Shown here: one piece after another, positions 1 to 9,835 of the stretch
Layout of the letters: each line of letters starts with the position of its first letter
Position numbering within the stretch: position 1 is the first letter of the stretch
DNA from: a virus
Taxonomy: Duplodnaviria > Caudoviricetes
Length of the DNA: 58,654 nucleotides
Virus record (IMG/VR): IMGVR_UViG_3300043775_001123
Span: 1 to 58,654 of that record
Strand: one strand, 5' to 3'
Program-made: the position numbers and the translations under genes
The notes under the pieces: generated by a model
What the model was told of the DNA's origin: nothing
The model's database searches: none
The model's input: only the letters and a program-made list of their open reading frames with translations

Positions 1-1437
1 CAAAAAATAATTGACTTATCAAAAAATCAAGGAGGTAATAATGTATTTGAAAAGTATATGAATTATTTGTTTTCTAGATTTAGAATTATATCTGCAAGAG
101 ACACAAGAACAGCTATTAATAACCTTATCGAAAATGGATTTGGAGATGAGAGAGGTGCGCAAGAAAGAATTATAGTAGGTAATGCACTTAGGAATGTAGT
201 ATATACTGCATTAGCTGGAGTAATACCATTAAAGTTTGCGTCTTTATTAATTGGTGGAGATGATGATGAAGAAAAGATAAAAGACAATCTTGATGATATG
301 AGTTCAGATCCTGACTTTATGAAAGGAATAGTTGAAATTTACAATAAATATGAAGAACAAGCTAAGAAATTAGAAGATTCAGATGAGTATATGCAGAAGG
401 TTCTTGAAATGTATAGAGACAGGAGAAGTGAATTAATGAATTTATTAAAAGATGATAGATTCAGAGAGGCTGTAGAGGCTAGATATAGATTCTTTGCTAG
501 AGAACATTTTAATAAAATAATAAACGGACATTCCGCCAATGTTGATGCTATGAAGAAACTTGATGGAAATATGTCGTATATAAATAATGTAATTAAAATG
601 ATTGATGATAAAGATGAACCTGTTAATTACACTAAGTACGTAGATTTATTAAGTTATATTAATTCTGAGTATGGTTATACAAGATATAATGCAGAAGAAA
701 GAAAAGATATATTAGACAAAGCTATTTCAAGAATGGAAGAAGATGGATTCTATACTTTTAAAGAAAGAAATGGTGGTTTAAATAAAAAAGGAGAGTATGA
801 TATAACTACTAGTGAAGGTAAATTTAAAGTAGCTAATTTATTTCAAACAATAGATATGTTGAAAAATCATAGGTATAACTCAATAGAAGGTAGAGCATTA
901 AGAGGTGCGTTAGAATTTGGTATTAACACAGCTGCTGGCTCAAGAGGTAATATAAAGGTAAGAGCTATATCAACACTTGTAGAGGTATTAAATAAATACC
1001 AAAGAGAAGAAAGATATGGTTTTTATGATTCAAGTAAAGACAGAATAACAAATGGATTTGGAAGAACAATGCTAAATGGAGAAACAGCATTTAATGGAAA
1101 ATTCAAAGTTGAAGAAGATGATATTACAGGTAAGAGTCTAGGATTGTCGAAAGAAATAGGTGATGTAATTAATATGACAGTACCAGAGCTTGCTATGATT
1201 TCAAAGATGACATCAGAACCAAAGTATGCTGACATAGGAATGTTATTAGGATTACCAACATCAACTGATTTATCTAAAATACTTAGAGAAGTTGAAAAAG
1301 ATGAGGTATATCAAAATGCAAGAGGAAAAGTATTTTACGATGCCTCTGAAAAAAATAAGGTATTTAATAAAAAAGATACTCTATATAAGTTTCCTATAAA
1401 AATGGATGTAGAGAGTTCAAAAGTAATTAAGAAATAA
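1..1437 (+). CDS. C-terminal part of a large virion/ejection-type protein (5'-truncated by the window)
   Basis: Frame is open from base 1 (QKIIDLSKNQGGNNVFEKY-MNYL...), helical and charged, followed by a terminator; could be the end of the giant ORF starting at 54372 if the genome is circularly permuted. Confidence 0.6.
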   Translation, partial: QKIIDLSKNQGGNNVFEKYMNYLFSRFRIISARDTRTAINNLIENGFGDERGAQERIIVGNALRNVVYTALAGVIPLKFASLLIGGDDDEEKIKDNLDDMSSDPDFMKGIVEIYNKYEEQAKKLEDSDEYMQKVLEMYRDRRSELMNLLKDDRFREAVEARYRFFAREHFNKIINGHSANVDAMKKLDGNMSYINNVIKMIDDKDEPVNYTKYVDLLSYINSEYGYTRYNAEERKDILDKAISRMEEDGFYTFKERNGGLNKKGEYDITTSEGKFKVANLFQTIDMLKNHRYNSIEGRALRGALEFGINTAAGSRGNIKVRAISTLVEVLNKYQREERYGFYDSSKDRITNGFGRTMLNGETAFNGKFKVEEDDITGKSLGLSKEIGDVINMTVPELAMISKMTSEPKYADIGMLLGLPTSTDLSKILREVEKDEVYQNARGKVFYDASEKNKVFNKKDTLYKFPIKMDVESSKVIKK

Positions 1438-1444
1438 AATTAAG

Positions 1445-1472
1445 AGAGGGGCTATAAACCCCTCTTTTTTTT
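1445..1472. terminator. Intrinsic terminator between convergent arms
   Basis: AGAGGGG-CTATAAA-CCCCTCT followed by a T run, lying between convergent genes. Confidence 0.8.
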
Positions 1473-1854
1473 ATAACAACTCCCTTAAATCTACTTTCTG
1501 ATATCCTTGCGGTTTTAACACTTTCCCTGAGGCATCTTTTAATACTTTACCATTCTCTTGGACCTTAGTCATATTATTCTCGTGAACAAGTCTAAATCCT
1601 TCTACAAACTCTTTTTGCATACCGTGTGCATTTATAGTACCAAACAGTACATAAGCCTGGTCAATTAAAGCATCAAGTATTTCTACCTTGTCTTCTTGTA
1701 TTCCTGCTACCATATACTCTCTATTTTCTTCAGACATCAAGTGATACCTTAGTGATATTGTATTTTGGTCTTGTGATATAGGCTTTTCATTTACCTCTTG
1801 GTCGCAAGCATTCATAAAGGTTGCAACCATTTCTAACATTTTATTTACTTCCAT
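1471..1854 (-). CDS. MazG-like/PRA-PH family NTP pyrophosphohydrolase (DR2231-like dUTPase)
   Basis: EENRE...EILDALID acidic metal motif; VHENNMTK...GKVLKP C-terminus typical of the family. Confidence 0.8.
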   Translation of the reverse strand: MEVNKMLEMVATFMNACDQEVNEKPISQDQNTISLRYHLMSEENREYMVAGIQEDKVEILDALIDQAYVLFGTINAHGMQKEFVEGFRLVHENNMTKVQENGKVLKDASGKVLKPQGYQKVDLRELL

Positions 1855-1943
1855 ATTTTATATTTAATTATCTTCAAAGAATCCTTTTTTTACAAATAGT
1901 ATTATTATTAACAATAAAATAATTGATTCTAATATAGTTGATA

Positions 1944-3530
1944 TTATTCCTTCCATTTTAAAGTTGTATATTTTCCGTTAATAATGTGTATGTTTTGAAC
2001 CTTTCCTCCTGGATAAATTACAGCATTTGAATTCATCCAACTACTTGGTCCATTATTGTACCCAACTCTTAGGTGAGTTAAAGTTCCTACTACAACAGCA
2101 CCATCTTGCCTTCTTGGTGAATGACTATGTCCTGTAATAGTTTTGGTATTTAAATTCTTAAATTGAATTATACCTCCTCTTGAACCATTAGTTCCAAGAT
2201 GTCCGTGTAAACCACATTCAATACCTTCTACTATATAACTTTCATTAATACCTAAGCAATAAACATTATTAACTTGTAGCTTTTCAAGGTATGTTGGTAT
2301 AACTCCTTTAGAATCATTTGCATCAATCATCATATGTGACAACCTTAGATACATATCCTTATTGTTATTCTTTCTCCAGTCATTATCATTCAACCATCTG
2401 TCAAGGAACACATCGTGATTACTCTTAACCATAACAAAGTTATAATCTGAATGTTCCTCAAAGAAGTCTAACATATCATTAAGTTCTTTTTTAATAGAAT
2501 CAGAACCATCTTCCTCCCTCTTTAATAATTCAAATGGTAAATTCTTTTCGTGATGTGAAATGCTATGCCCATTGAAAACATCGTGTAAGATTATATTGTC
2601 AGTGCAATTTAATCTATTAGCCATTTCAAATGAAACATTTAATACATCTTCGTTTGTTTCGCCTAAGTGTAAATCTCCAAATACAATAGCAGAAGCTCCA
2701 GAATGTAAGTGTATTTCTTGGTTTTCTACTAACACGTCAAGATCATAAAATGAACCATCATTATTAGCGGAAACTTGTCTTATATGAAAGATACCGCCAT
2801 CTAATTCTGCAATTACAAAACCATACGAATGATGAAACTCTCCTTTCTTCCCTGACTTTGTGTCTGTATAATTAGGTTTAGTTACAGCGCCAGTAGTCAT
2901 TAATAATTTATTAGGGTATCCATCAAGAACAGGTAAAGATTCGAAGTGCAATCTAGGGTGTCCTACAACACAACTATCTAAAGCAGTCAATGAATTAAGA
3001 CCAGATAAAGGAGTTGATGCAGTAGGTTGAACCTTAACATCTGAAGCTATTGTTAAATATTTGTGAATGTTATGTCTATTAGCGTCTAAATACGGAACTA
3101 CTAACTTATCCCAACACATAGATTTTTCTTTCTCCTGGTCTTGTATATTTTTACTAGCGTATAAAGATGTAGGGTTTTTATATCTACCAGCTATAATATG
3201 TATAGATGCATCAATTGATTTAGCATAAACCTCGATATTCTTTAAAAAATCTTCATTAACATCTGTATCAGATTGCGCCCAAGATATTATAAATCTATTC
3301 TTCTTTTTGTCATACTCTCTTTTTTGAGCGTTTGAAAATTCATCAGATATTTCTTCTTTTTCAGATAAACCAATTGCTTTTAATTTATTAGAAAATACCC
3401 TCCTTAAATTATCATTGTAATCAACACCTGATTCTTTACAAGCATTAATGCAAGACTGAGTTATATTGCCAGTCTTTAAGTACTGTTCTTTAACAACACT
3501 TAATAAGTGGTCGTTTATACTACTCTGCAT
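1944..3530 (-). CDS. T5 A1-like protein with C-terminal calcineurin-like metallophosphoesterase (putative nuclease)
   Basis: RFIISWAQ, QPTASTPLSGL, TTGAVTKPNY..KSGKKGEFHHSYG, IRQV..DGSFYDL recall T5 A1; GDLH, HD, NHD, HGH, GHSH metallophosphoesterase motifs. Confidence 0.7.
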   Translation of the reverse strand: MQSSINDHLLSVVKEQYLKTGNITQSCINACKESGVDYNDNLRRVFSNKLKAIGLSEKEEISDEFSNAQKREYDKKKNRFIISWAQSDTDVNEDFLKNIEVYAKSIDASIHIIAGRYKNPTSLYASKNIQDQEKEKSMCWDKLVVPYLDANRHNIHKYLTIASDVKVQPTASTPLSGLNSLTALDSCVVGHPRLHFESLPVLDGYPNKLLMTTGAVTKPNYTDTKSGKKGEFHHSYGFVIAELDGGIFHIRQVSANNDGSFYDLDVLVENQEIHLHSGASAIVFGDLHLGETNEDVLNVSFEMANRLNCTDNIILHDVFNGHSISHHEKNLPFELLKREEDGSDSIKKELNDMLDFFEEHSDYNFVMVKSNHDVFLDRWLNDNDWRKNNNKDMYLRLSHMMIDANDSKGVIPTYLEKLQVNNVYCLGINESYIVEGIECGLHGHLGTNGSRGGIIQFKNLNTKTITGHSHSPRRQDGAVVVGTLTHLRVGYNNGPSSWMNSNAVIYPGGKVQNIHIINGKYTTLKWKE

Positions 3531-3747
3531 CCTTTAAATATTTTTCCATATTATTTTCTATTTCTTCACACAATACCTTTAACTTAGTGCAAGCAGATAC
3601 TGTATAAGCTCTTTCCTTATCAATCATTGATTCATATAAGAAGTCTGAGGCTTGATTTACTTTCTTCATAACTCTATTTACATTAGTCACTCTTTGACTA
3701 TCTAAGATAGAGTTGTTGATTTGTCTTTGTGTGTGTTTAAATTCCAT
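3520..3747 (-). CDS. Hypothetical protein
   Basis: ORF tightly coupled within the operon. Confidence 0.6.
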   Translation of the reverse strand: MEFKHTQRQINNSILDSQRVTNVNRVMKKVNQASDFLYESMIDKERAYTVSACTKLKVLCEEIENNMEKYLKDAE

Positions 3748-3749
3748 AC

Positions 3750-4208
3750 TTACTTTATTTTATCTAAGATTATTTCCATTGTTTTAAGGCATTCAGTTTG
3801 TGTTTGTGGTACGAATATATCACATTCAGTATTTGATTGATTTAAAGCACCCTTAAATAGCTTCATTCGCATATTAAATGGTTCAGTTGGTAGTCCTTTT
3901 GTTTCTACAATAGCGTAATACCCATTATGATTGATTACAAAATCAGGTTTGTACGACATATTATTTATCTTCTTATGACCACGATTTATAAAGTCACCTT
4001 TACCTGAAGCTAATCTAGCGAAGTAGTCGTTATTAAAAATAAATGAAGGGGATAGCTCAAAACTTTCCCCTTCGTATATGAAGTTTATCTTATTTTCCTT
4101 TAGAAGTTTATACATATACCCTTCAAGTCTTGACTTAAAGTTTATACCATCAATGGTCATTGCCTTTGATTTTATTAATCTTCTATCTGGTTTTTTTTTG
4201 AATGCCAT
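3750..4208 (-). CDS. PD-(D/E)XK endonuclease, DUF1064/T7 endonuclease I-like (possible resolvase)
   Basis: IDGINFKSRLE, YKPDF, IVETKG motifs. Confidence 0.7.
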   Translation of the reverse strand: MAFKKKPDRRLIKSKAMTIDGINFKSRLEGYMYKLLKENKINFIYEGESFELSPSFIFNNDYFARLASGKGDFINRGHKKINNMSYKPDFVINHNGYYAIVETKGLPTEPFNMRMKLFKGALNQSNTECDIFVPQTQTECLKTMEIILDKIK

Positions 4209-4276
4209 AACTTTTATCTATTATGGACTCAAATTTAGTAAAATAAAGTAATAGTTTAAATTAAAGTTATTAACAT

Positions 4277-4612
4277 TTATAATAGTTTGTCAAAAAACAC
4301 TACACCTTTCTTCCTAGCAATCTCTATATTCTTACCAAACTTATCTAAGAATTCAGAGGCTAATATCGCATCTGCTTCATTCATATCAGCAATTTGACTA
4401 ATCATACGTTGTTTGATATTGATTGAATTGGTAGTAAACTCTGGGTCATTCTTATATACATTTTCATATCCTTTCTTTACAGATACTTCAAGGTCTTTGA
4501 TAAATAAGTTACCTCTTTTCTTTAGGAGACCATTTAGTTTATATGTATCTGATATATCCAGGAACAATTGCCCTGTTAGTAATAACTCTAATCCGTTTCT
4601 TAATTCATTCAT
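4277..4612 (-). CDS. Hypothetical protein
   Basis: ORF in operon direction. Confidence 0.6.
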   Translation of the reverse strand: MNELRNGLELLLTGQLFLDISDTYKLNGLLKKRGNLFIKDLEVSVKKGYENVYKNDPEFTTNSINIKQRMISQIADMNEADAILASEFLDKFGKNIEIARKKGVVFFDKLL

Positions 4613-4617
4613 ATACC

Positions 4618-4788
4618 TTAAAATTTACTTAATTTAGTTCCATTAATCTCTGATAATAGCTTGTGGTATTTACTATTCAATTCTTCGTCATTGTGTCCTT
4701 GATTATAGAAAAAGGTTATGCTATTTTTAACTTCTTCCAATTCTTTATAAAGTCTATCTAACTCTATGCTGTGTGATGTGCAACTCAT
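4618..4788 (-). CDS. Small hypothetical protein (MSCTSHSIELDRLYKE..., not in ORF track)
   Basis: Fills gap; ATGA coupling to the upstream ORF. Confidence 0.5.
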   Translation of the reverse strand: MSCTSHSIELDRLYKELEEVKNSITFFYNQGHNDEELNSKYHKLLSEINGTKLSKF

Positions 4789-4925
4789 TTTAATAATATA
4801 AATGTTAATACTGATGTAAATACTCCTATTGAGAAACCAACTAATATGTAAATAGTTGTCTCTCTTTGTAATTGTTTAATTATCCTTTCTTGTTCTCTGA
4901 TAATTGCTATGTGTTGTGATTTCAT
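4785..4925 (-). CDS. Small membrane protein (MKSQHIAII...IYILVGFSIGVFTSVLTFILLK)
   Basis: Fills gap; C-terminal hydrophobic helix. Confidence 0.5.
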   Translation of the reverse strand: MKSQHIAIIREQERIIKQLQRETTIYILVGFSIGVFTSVLTFILLK

Positions 4926-4928
4926 ATT

Positions 4929-5117
4929 TTAGTTTTTATTAGGGTCTTCTCTTAATTCATCTGCTAACTCTATTATGTATTGGTCAATTGTAATAGGATG
5001 CCAAGTCATAGCTATAAGGTGTCCTTTAAATGCATCGAACAATTGCTCTAAAGACACATCTACATTCTTAAACTCTGTGATGTGAGTTTCAAATTCTTTT
5101 TCTGTGATTAGTTTCAT
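4929..5117 (-). CDS. Hypothetical protein
   Basis: Coupled ORF. Confidence 0.55.
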   Translation of the reverse strand: MKLITEKEFETHITEFKNVDVSLEQLFDAFKGHLIAMTWHPITIDQYIIELADELREDPNKN

Positions 5118-5119
5118 AA

Positions 5120-5344
5120 TTACTTATTTAAGTTACTTCTATTTTGATGCACTTCTTTTTCCATTTGTTCGAAGTACAAGCCTAAAGCTTCATCTTCCTT
5201 CATCATATCTTGTAGCATTTCTTTTCTACAATCCTTACAATATAAATCATCTGTATGACCTAATGAAATAATTACACTACATTTACAACAGATGGTAGCA
5301 CCTCTACCGTTATTAAATTTATGAATTGGTTTCATCATTCTCAA
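5120..5344 (-). CDS. Small Zn-finger protein (HKFNNGRGAT-CxxC...CxxC)
   Basis: Cys pairs; N-terminus recurrent in Bacteroidota phage small genes (from memory). Confidence 0.55.
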   Translation of the reverse strand: MRMMKPIHKFNNGRGATICCKCSVIISLGHTDDLYCKDCRKEMLQDMMKEDEALGLYFEQMEKEVHQNRSNLNK

Positions 5345-5702
5345 TATTAATTGCTATTTGACGCAAAAATAATATACATAAATCTCTTGCTGATATATTG
5401 CTATACCCTATAGGTCCTTTTATCCAACCACCCATTTGCTCTACGGCACTTTTATACTCATCTGAATTTGAATCTGTAAGTTTCATTAGGTAATCAGTTA
5501 AATCATCTTCGTAAGATTGTAATGCAGCGTGTGTAGTCACATCTGTCAATCTCTTTGTATCTCCAACTTTCCACACTAAAGAAGTCATACTTCTACTATA
5601 TGGTTTTGTCTGAACCAACCAAATACCATCAGACAAGGTATCTGTATATCCGATTACTTCTTCATATCTACCATTTTTTTTCTTTCTATAAAGTGTTTCC
5701 AT
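5319..5702 (-). CDS. Hypothetical protein
   Basis: Coupled ORF. Confidence 0.55.
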   Translation of the reverse strand: METLYRKKKNGRYEEVIGYTDTLSDGIWLVQTKPYSRSMTSLVWKVGDTKRLTDVTTHAALQSYEDDLTDYLMKLTDSNSDEYKSAVEQMGGWIKGPIGYSNISARDLCILFLRQIAINIENDETNS

Positions 5703-5713
5703 TTGTTTATTTT

Positions 5714-6394
5714 TTAAGAAATTTCAATTATATTTCCGTTAGAGGATAGTTTCCCAAACTTGCCATCTGTGACTACTGAACCATTACTAAACCAAGTGTC
5801 ATACGCACTAAACTTAGTTAATCCAGCATTAATAATATCTTTGCAGTTGTGTATATGACCAAAAAGCACGTATGCAGGTTCAATTTCTAAAACCCTATTT
5901 AGTAAAGATTTATCTCCACAAGATTCCATATTATGATTTCTATCGTAAGACTTATCTAATACACCTCTAGGTGGTCCGTGTGTAATAATTACATCGGTAT
6001 CTTCTGGTATAGCCATTCTCCAAAACCTCTCTAACTTTACTCTGTCCTTCATAAAAGCCCATTGACCGAATTGTGGGGTATGTGGCGATCCAAAGAAGTT
6101 AATTCCTTCTATAGTTACAGATTCATTCTCAAGGTATATAATACCTGCGTCTTCAAAGTCTTTCTTTGTTACTAACTTCTTCTCTATTGAGACGTCGTGA
6201 TTCCCAGCTACATAAATCTTGTATTTAACTGGTATCATCTTAAACCAATCAATAAAATCTCTAACTTCAGGTTCATTATTGTAAGGGTCTCTTGTATTAC
6301 TACAATCTCCTGAGTGTATAATCATATCAATATCATAAGGTACTTTTAATAAGTCGTGATAACCGTGTGTATCACTTATATGCCATATTTTCAT
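5714..6394 (-). CDS. Calcineurin-like metallophosphoesterase
   Basis: ISDTH, HSGD, AGNHD, THGPP, FGHIH motifs. Confidence 0.9.
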   Translation of the reverse strand: MKIWHISDTHGYHDLLKVPYDIDMIIHSGDCSNTRDPYNNEPEVRDFIDWFKMIPVKYKIYVAGNHDVSIEKKLVTKKDFEDAGIIYLENESVTIEGINFFGSPHTPQFGQWAFMKDRVKLERFWRMAIPEDTDVIITHGPPRGVLDKSYDRNHNMESCGDKSLLNRVLEIEPAYVLFGHIHNCKDIINAGLTKFSAYDTWFSNGSVVTDGKFGKLSSNGNIIEIS

Positions 6395-6421
6395 ATCTAA
6401 TTATTTTTCACAAAGTTAATT

Positions 6422-6817
6422 TTATTTTTCTAATAAACAATTGTTTACATCTAAATTTTCATTTGTTGAGTGCGATAAATATCCTTCAAGCTTCTTAATC
6501 TCTTTCTTTAGGTTATCAATCATATCTACAACTATTTCTCTATCGTCTTTGTATATGTAAGTTAACACATTAAACTCAAGGTCTTGTAATTCTTTAGAAC
6601 ACATCTTTACTATATTATAATTATTGTAATGGTGTAATATTGTTGCGTGTCCTAATCCTATTGTATCTCCTATTGATTCGTAAGTATGACCAGAATCCCT
6701 CATTAGTTTGGAGTACAATTGCTTTGCTTCTACTACTGGTCTTTTTCTTGATTTATTATCCTTAATATTAATTCCTGAGAATTTTTTAATAGCTCTTAAT
6801 ACTTTTTTGCTTTCCAT
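6422..6817 (-). CDS. DnaA domain IV-like (Bac_DnaA_C) HTH DNA-binding protein
   Basis: SRKRPVVEAKQ...YESIGDTIGLGHATILH resembles the DnaA C-terminal signature. Confidence 0.65.
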   Translation of the reverse strand: MESKKVLRAIKKFSGINIKDNKSRKRPVVEAKQLYSKLMRDSGHTYESIGDTIGLGHATILHHYNNYNIVKMCSKELQDLEFNVLTYIYKDDREIVVDMIDNLKKEIKKLEGYLSHSTNENLDVNNCLLEK

Positions 6818-7005
6818 AGTTCTTCTTGTAATTGTTTTATTAAGTTATTTTCTGCGTGTTCATAGCTTGAATGATGCCAAGTGCAATCTAATCCAGCTGA
6901 TTTTACATAAGGTTTCCATATTTTAATAAGACCAAAGATAGACCATCTTATATCTAATTCTTCTACTATGTATCCTTGTGGTTTTTTTCGTATTCTAAAG
7001 TTCAT
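6796..7005 (-). CDS. Hypothetical protein
   Basis: TAATG coupling to the methylase. Confidence 0.5.
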   Translation of the reverse strand: MNFRIRKKPQGYIVEELDIRWSIFGLIKIWKPYVKSAGLDCTWHHSSYEHAENNLIKQLQEELWKAKKY

Positions 7006-8027
7006 TAATTTTTAATTGTTATAAATGAAAAGATATGTTCGATTATAGGGAGCGTCCAACCATCGCCTAATAAACACGCTGCTTGATTTCTTGTTAAAAT
7101 ACTTGTATATCCATCTTCAAAACCTTGTAATCTTTCAAGTTCTGTTTGTGTAAAATATCTAATATCCCCATCTTGAAAAACAAAGTATTCATTGTTACGT
7201 AAAAGGCAATTAGATTTATCTTTCATTCCTCTTCCTCTTCTTGTTGTAGATGTAGGATAACTTAAATCAACAGCTTCATTATTTGCTATATCTACAAAGC
7301 CAATAGATGTTGCTTCTTTAACTCGTAAATATGTTTGTTCATCTTTAAATAACAAATTAGCCATACCTATTTCAAAATACCTACGTGCCATTTTACTCGG
7401 TGTTGTCAATGGTCGTGAATTTGATTCTAATAAACACATTGCTTTTTGTTTTTCACTATATCCATTTTCAAGAATATCTTTTAAATAAATTTTACGGTCT
7501 TTAGGCTCTGGAATATCAACAACCGTATCAAACATAGTTTCTTTAGTTCGTATGTTAGTCCAGTAGTATCTATCTCTCATTTGCGCTACTACTTTTGAAC
7601 TATTAAAACGCACAGGATAAACGCCTAATTCACGACTCATAATACCTACATCTAATTTACTTGCACTTCCTACATTTTCTTGCAAGAATAAAACATTTGG
7701 ATTAAGTGATTTAATATGGTTTAATATGTCTATAAATGTAAAAAATAAAGATGATTTACTTCCGTTTATTCCTGCTCTCTTTCCTGCTGCTGATAAATCT
7801 TGGCAAGGTGATCCTGATAAAACCAAATCAATACTTTTCCAATCAATATTCCACTCTCTCCATTTGGTTACATCTCCAACTTGTATAGTATCAGGAAAGT
7901 GGTGTTGCGTCAATTCAATAGCATAAGGTTTTATTTCACTTGAATAGTATTTATTTACTTTTATACCTACGTTTTCTAAGGCTTGTCGACCTGTATTCAT
8001 TCCGTTAAATAATGATAGTACATTCAT
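7005..8027 (-). CDS. dcm: DNA (cytosine-5) methyltransferase
   Basis: Motif I SLFNG, motif IV GSPCQ, motif VI ENV, QxRxR, ERLQGF, motif X GDGW. Confidence 0.9.
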   Translation of the reverse strand: MNVLSLFNGMNTGRQALENVGIKVNKYYSSEIKPYAIELTQHHFPDTIQVGDVTKWREWNIDWKSIDLVLSGSPCQDLSAAGKRAGINGSKSSLFFTFIDILNHIKSLNPNVLFLQENVGSASKLDVGIMSRELGVYPVRFNSSKVVAQMRDRYYWTNIRTKETMFDTVVDIPEPKDRKIYLKDILENGYSEKQKAMCLLESNSRPLTTPSKMARRYFEIGMANLLFKDEQTYLRVKEATSIGFVDIANNEAVDLSYPTSTTRRGRGMKDKSNCLLRNNEYFVFQDGDIRYFTQTELERLQGFEDGYTSILTRNQAACLLGDGWTLPIIEHIFSFITIKN

Positions 8028-8030
8028 ATC

Positions 8031-9833
8031 TTAAAATGGTATTACATCATCTATGCTTGGTTTATCAAACGCATCTGATGGGTTAATAATTGGTAATGTT
8101 TTTTCTTCTAATTCGTATTCTATAGGTTCATTGTTATCAATAAGGCAATGAGTAGGATATTCAGTACCTCTCTCGTAATATCTACCAGAAGGAATGTGAT
8201 ATTCAAAGTCAGCAATACCTCCTATCTCTCCTTGAAAGCTCATCTTAGTCTTTAGGTTTGTAAATGTGGTGTAATCTTCACAAACACCATTACCAAAGTT
8301 TCTGTATATGCAATAACCATCGTGTGTTTGGTTTCTAAAATCAGCAGACCCACTTACATCATAAAGAGTTGGAGATTCGTAAACTCCTGATTCATTTTTC
8401 TTCATCTTTGTTGGATGTGCAATTAAGAATATCATTACGTTATTCATTTGAGCAAATGTTGTTAGCTTTGTTAATACTTCGTTTATTTGTTCTAATCTAT
8501 TACCTCCTTTGTCAAACTCAAGTTTATTAAAGGCGTCAATCACAAATATATCTATACCATAACAAAACATCTGTTCTTTAAATCTTTCTAATAACCAACT
8601 CCAAGTAGGAGAACTACTATTATCTGGAGCTGTTAAATAAATTTTATCATTAGCCCACTCGTGATATCTATCTATTTCTTTCTTAGTTATTCTTGGTACT
8701 CCATCGTAATCTCTAAAGAAATTTTTACCATAAACCTTTTGAATGAATGTAGCGTGATGTAAGCTAAATGGGTGATGTTCTGGAGAATAAAATGAAGCCT
8801 TCATATTATAATCAGATATTAGGTTTAATACATACCATTCTGTAAAGTTTGACTTTCCGTGAGAAGGTATACCTGTTCCAACAATTAAGTGACCTCTCAT
8901 AACTGAAAAAACATTCTTTAAGTTACCAAAAGACCTATGTTTAGGGTATATAGTATCAGGAAAACCGTTATCGTACAAGTCATTAATATCTAAAATTAAA
9001 TCATTTACAAGGTGAGTTCCAGCTACAGGATATGAAGTTCTATTTCCCAACGACTGCAATAGGCAACCATTAATTAAATCTTCATTAGCATCCTTACCTT
9101 TAAAGTTAATCCTTTCACATCTCCATCTACCTAATCTTTGAGCTATTTTTTCAGCAAGATCATTTCCTTTGTCGTCATTATCAGTTGCAATATAAAACTT
9201 AGTTATATTTTTTAAATACTTTTCAGAGTTTAACCAATACTTATCATTATCATTAGCTCCATTTGGAACTGATATAACATTTTTAATTCCAACCTGATGA
9301 ACAGCTAAAACATCGAACTCTCCTTCAACTATGTAACACTCAGTTTCATTTATAACCGAATTGATGTTATAAAATATTGATTTACCATTAGATGACTGAG
9401 TAAAGAATTTATCAGATGTTCTATATTTTTTATTTACAACAATATCGCCTTCAAAATAATTAAATACAATATTTAATCTGTTTTTATTTACACCTGGTTG
9501 AAAGTAATTTTCTTCACTTAAACCTAATTCATTAGCTGTTTTTTGTGATATACCTCTTGATTCCAAGAATTTAACTATTCCTTCAGATAGGTTTGTGTAA
9601 TTAATCCAATCTTGAGATGGTATCGTATATGAATTGTCAATTACCTTACTTTGGTTTTCTCTAAATGTTAAAGATTCGCATCTAAAACATTTACCAAAAC
9701 CATCTTTATGGTCAACTTGTATTGGTCTATCTCCTTTTCTTTCTTTAGAAGAATCACATACAGGGCATTTTACTTTTTCTTTTCCAGAGCTTTTTTTAAA
9801 CTCTAATGAATCCCATTGTATAAATCTATTCAT
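8031..9833 (-). CDS. Primase-helicase (T7 gp4/Twinkle-like)
   Basis: N-terminal CxxC..CxxC Zn ribbon, TOPRIM VEGEFD and DND, Walker A GIPSHGKS, AHPTK, SGSADF. Confidence 0.9.
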   Translation of the reverse strand: MNRFIQWDSLEFKKSSGKEKVKCPVCDSSKERKGDRPIQVDHKDGFGKCFRCESLTFRENQSKVIDNSYTIPSQDWINYTNLSEGIVKFLESRGISQKTANELGLSEENYFQPGVNKNRLNIVFNYFEGDIVVNKKYRTSDKFFTQSSNGKSIFYNINSVINETECYIVEGEFDVLAVHQVGIKNVISVPNGANDNDKYWLNSEKYLKNITKFYIATDNDDKGNDLAEKIAQRLGRWRCERINFKGKDANEDLINGCLLQSLGNRTSYPVAGTHLVNDLILDINDLYDNGFPDTIYPKHRSFGNLKNVFSVMRGHLIVGTGIPSHGKSNFTEWYVLNLISDYNMKASFYSPEHHPFSLHHATFIQKVYGKNFFRDYDGVPRITKKEIDRYHEWANDKIYLTAPDNSSSPTWSWLLERFKEQMFCYGIDIFVIDAFNKLEFDKGGNRLEQINEVLTKLTTFAQMNNVMIFLIAHPTKMKKNESGVYESPTLYDVSGSADFRNQTHDGYCIYRNFGNGVCEDYTTFTNLKTKMSFQGEIGGIADFEYHIPSGRYYERGTEYPTHCLIDNNEPIEYELEEKTLPIINPSDAFDKPSIDDVIPF

Positions 9834-9835
9834 AA

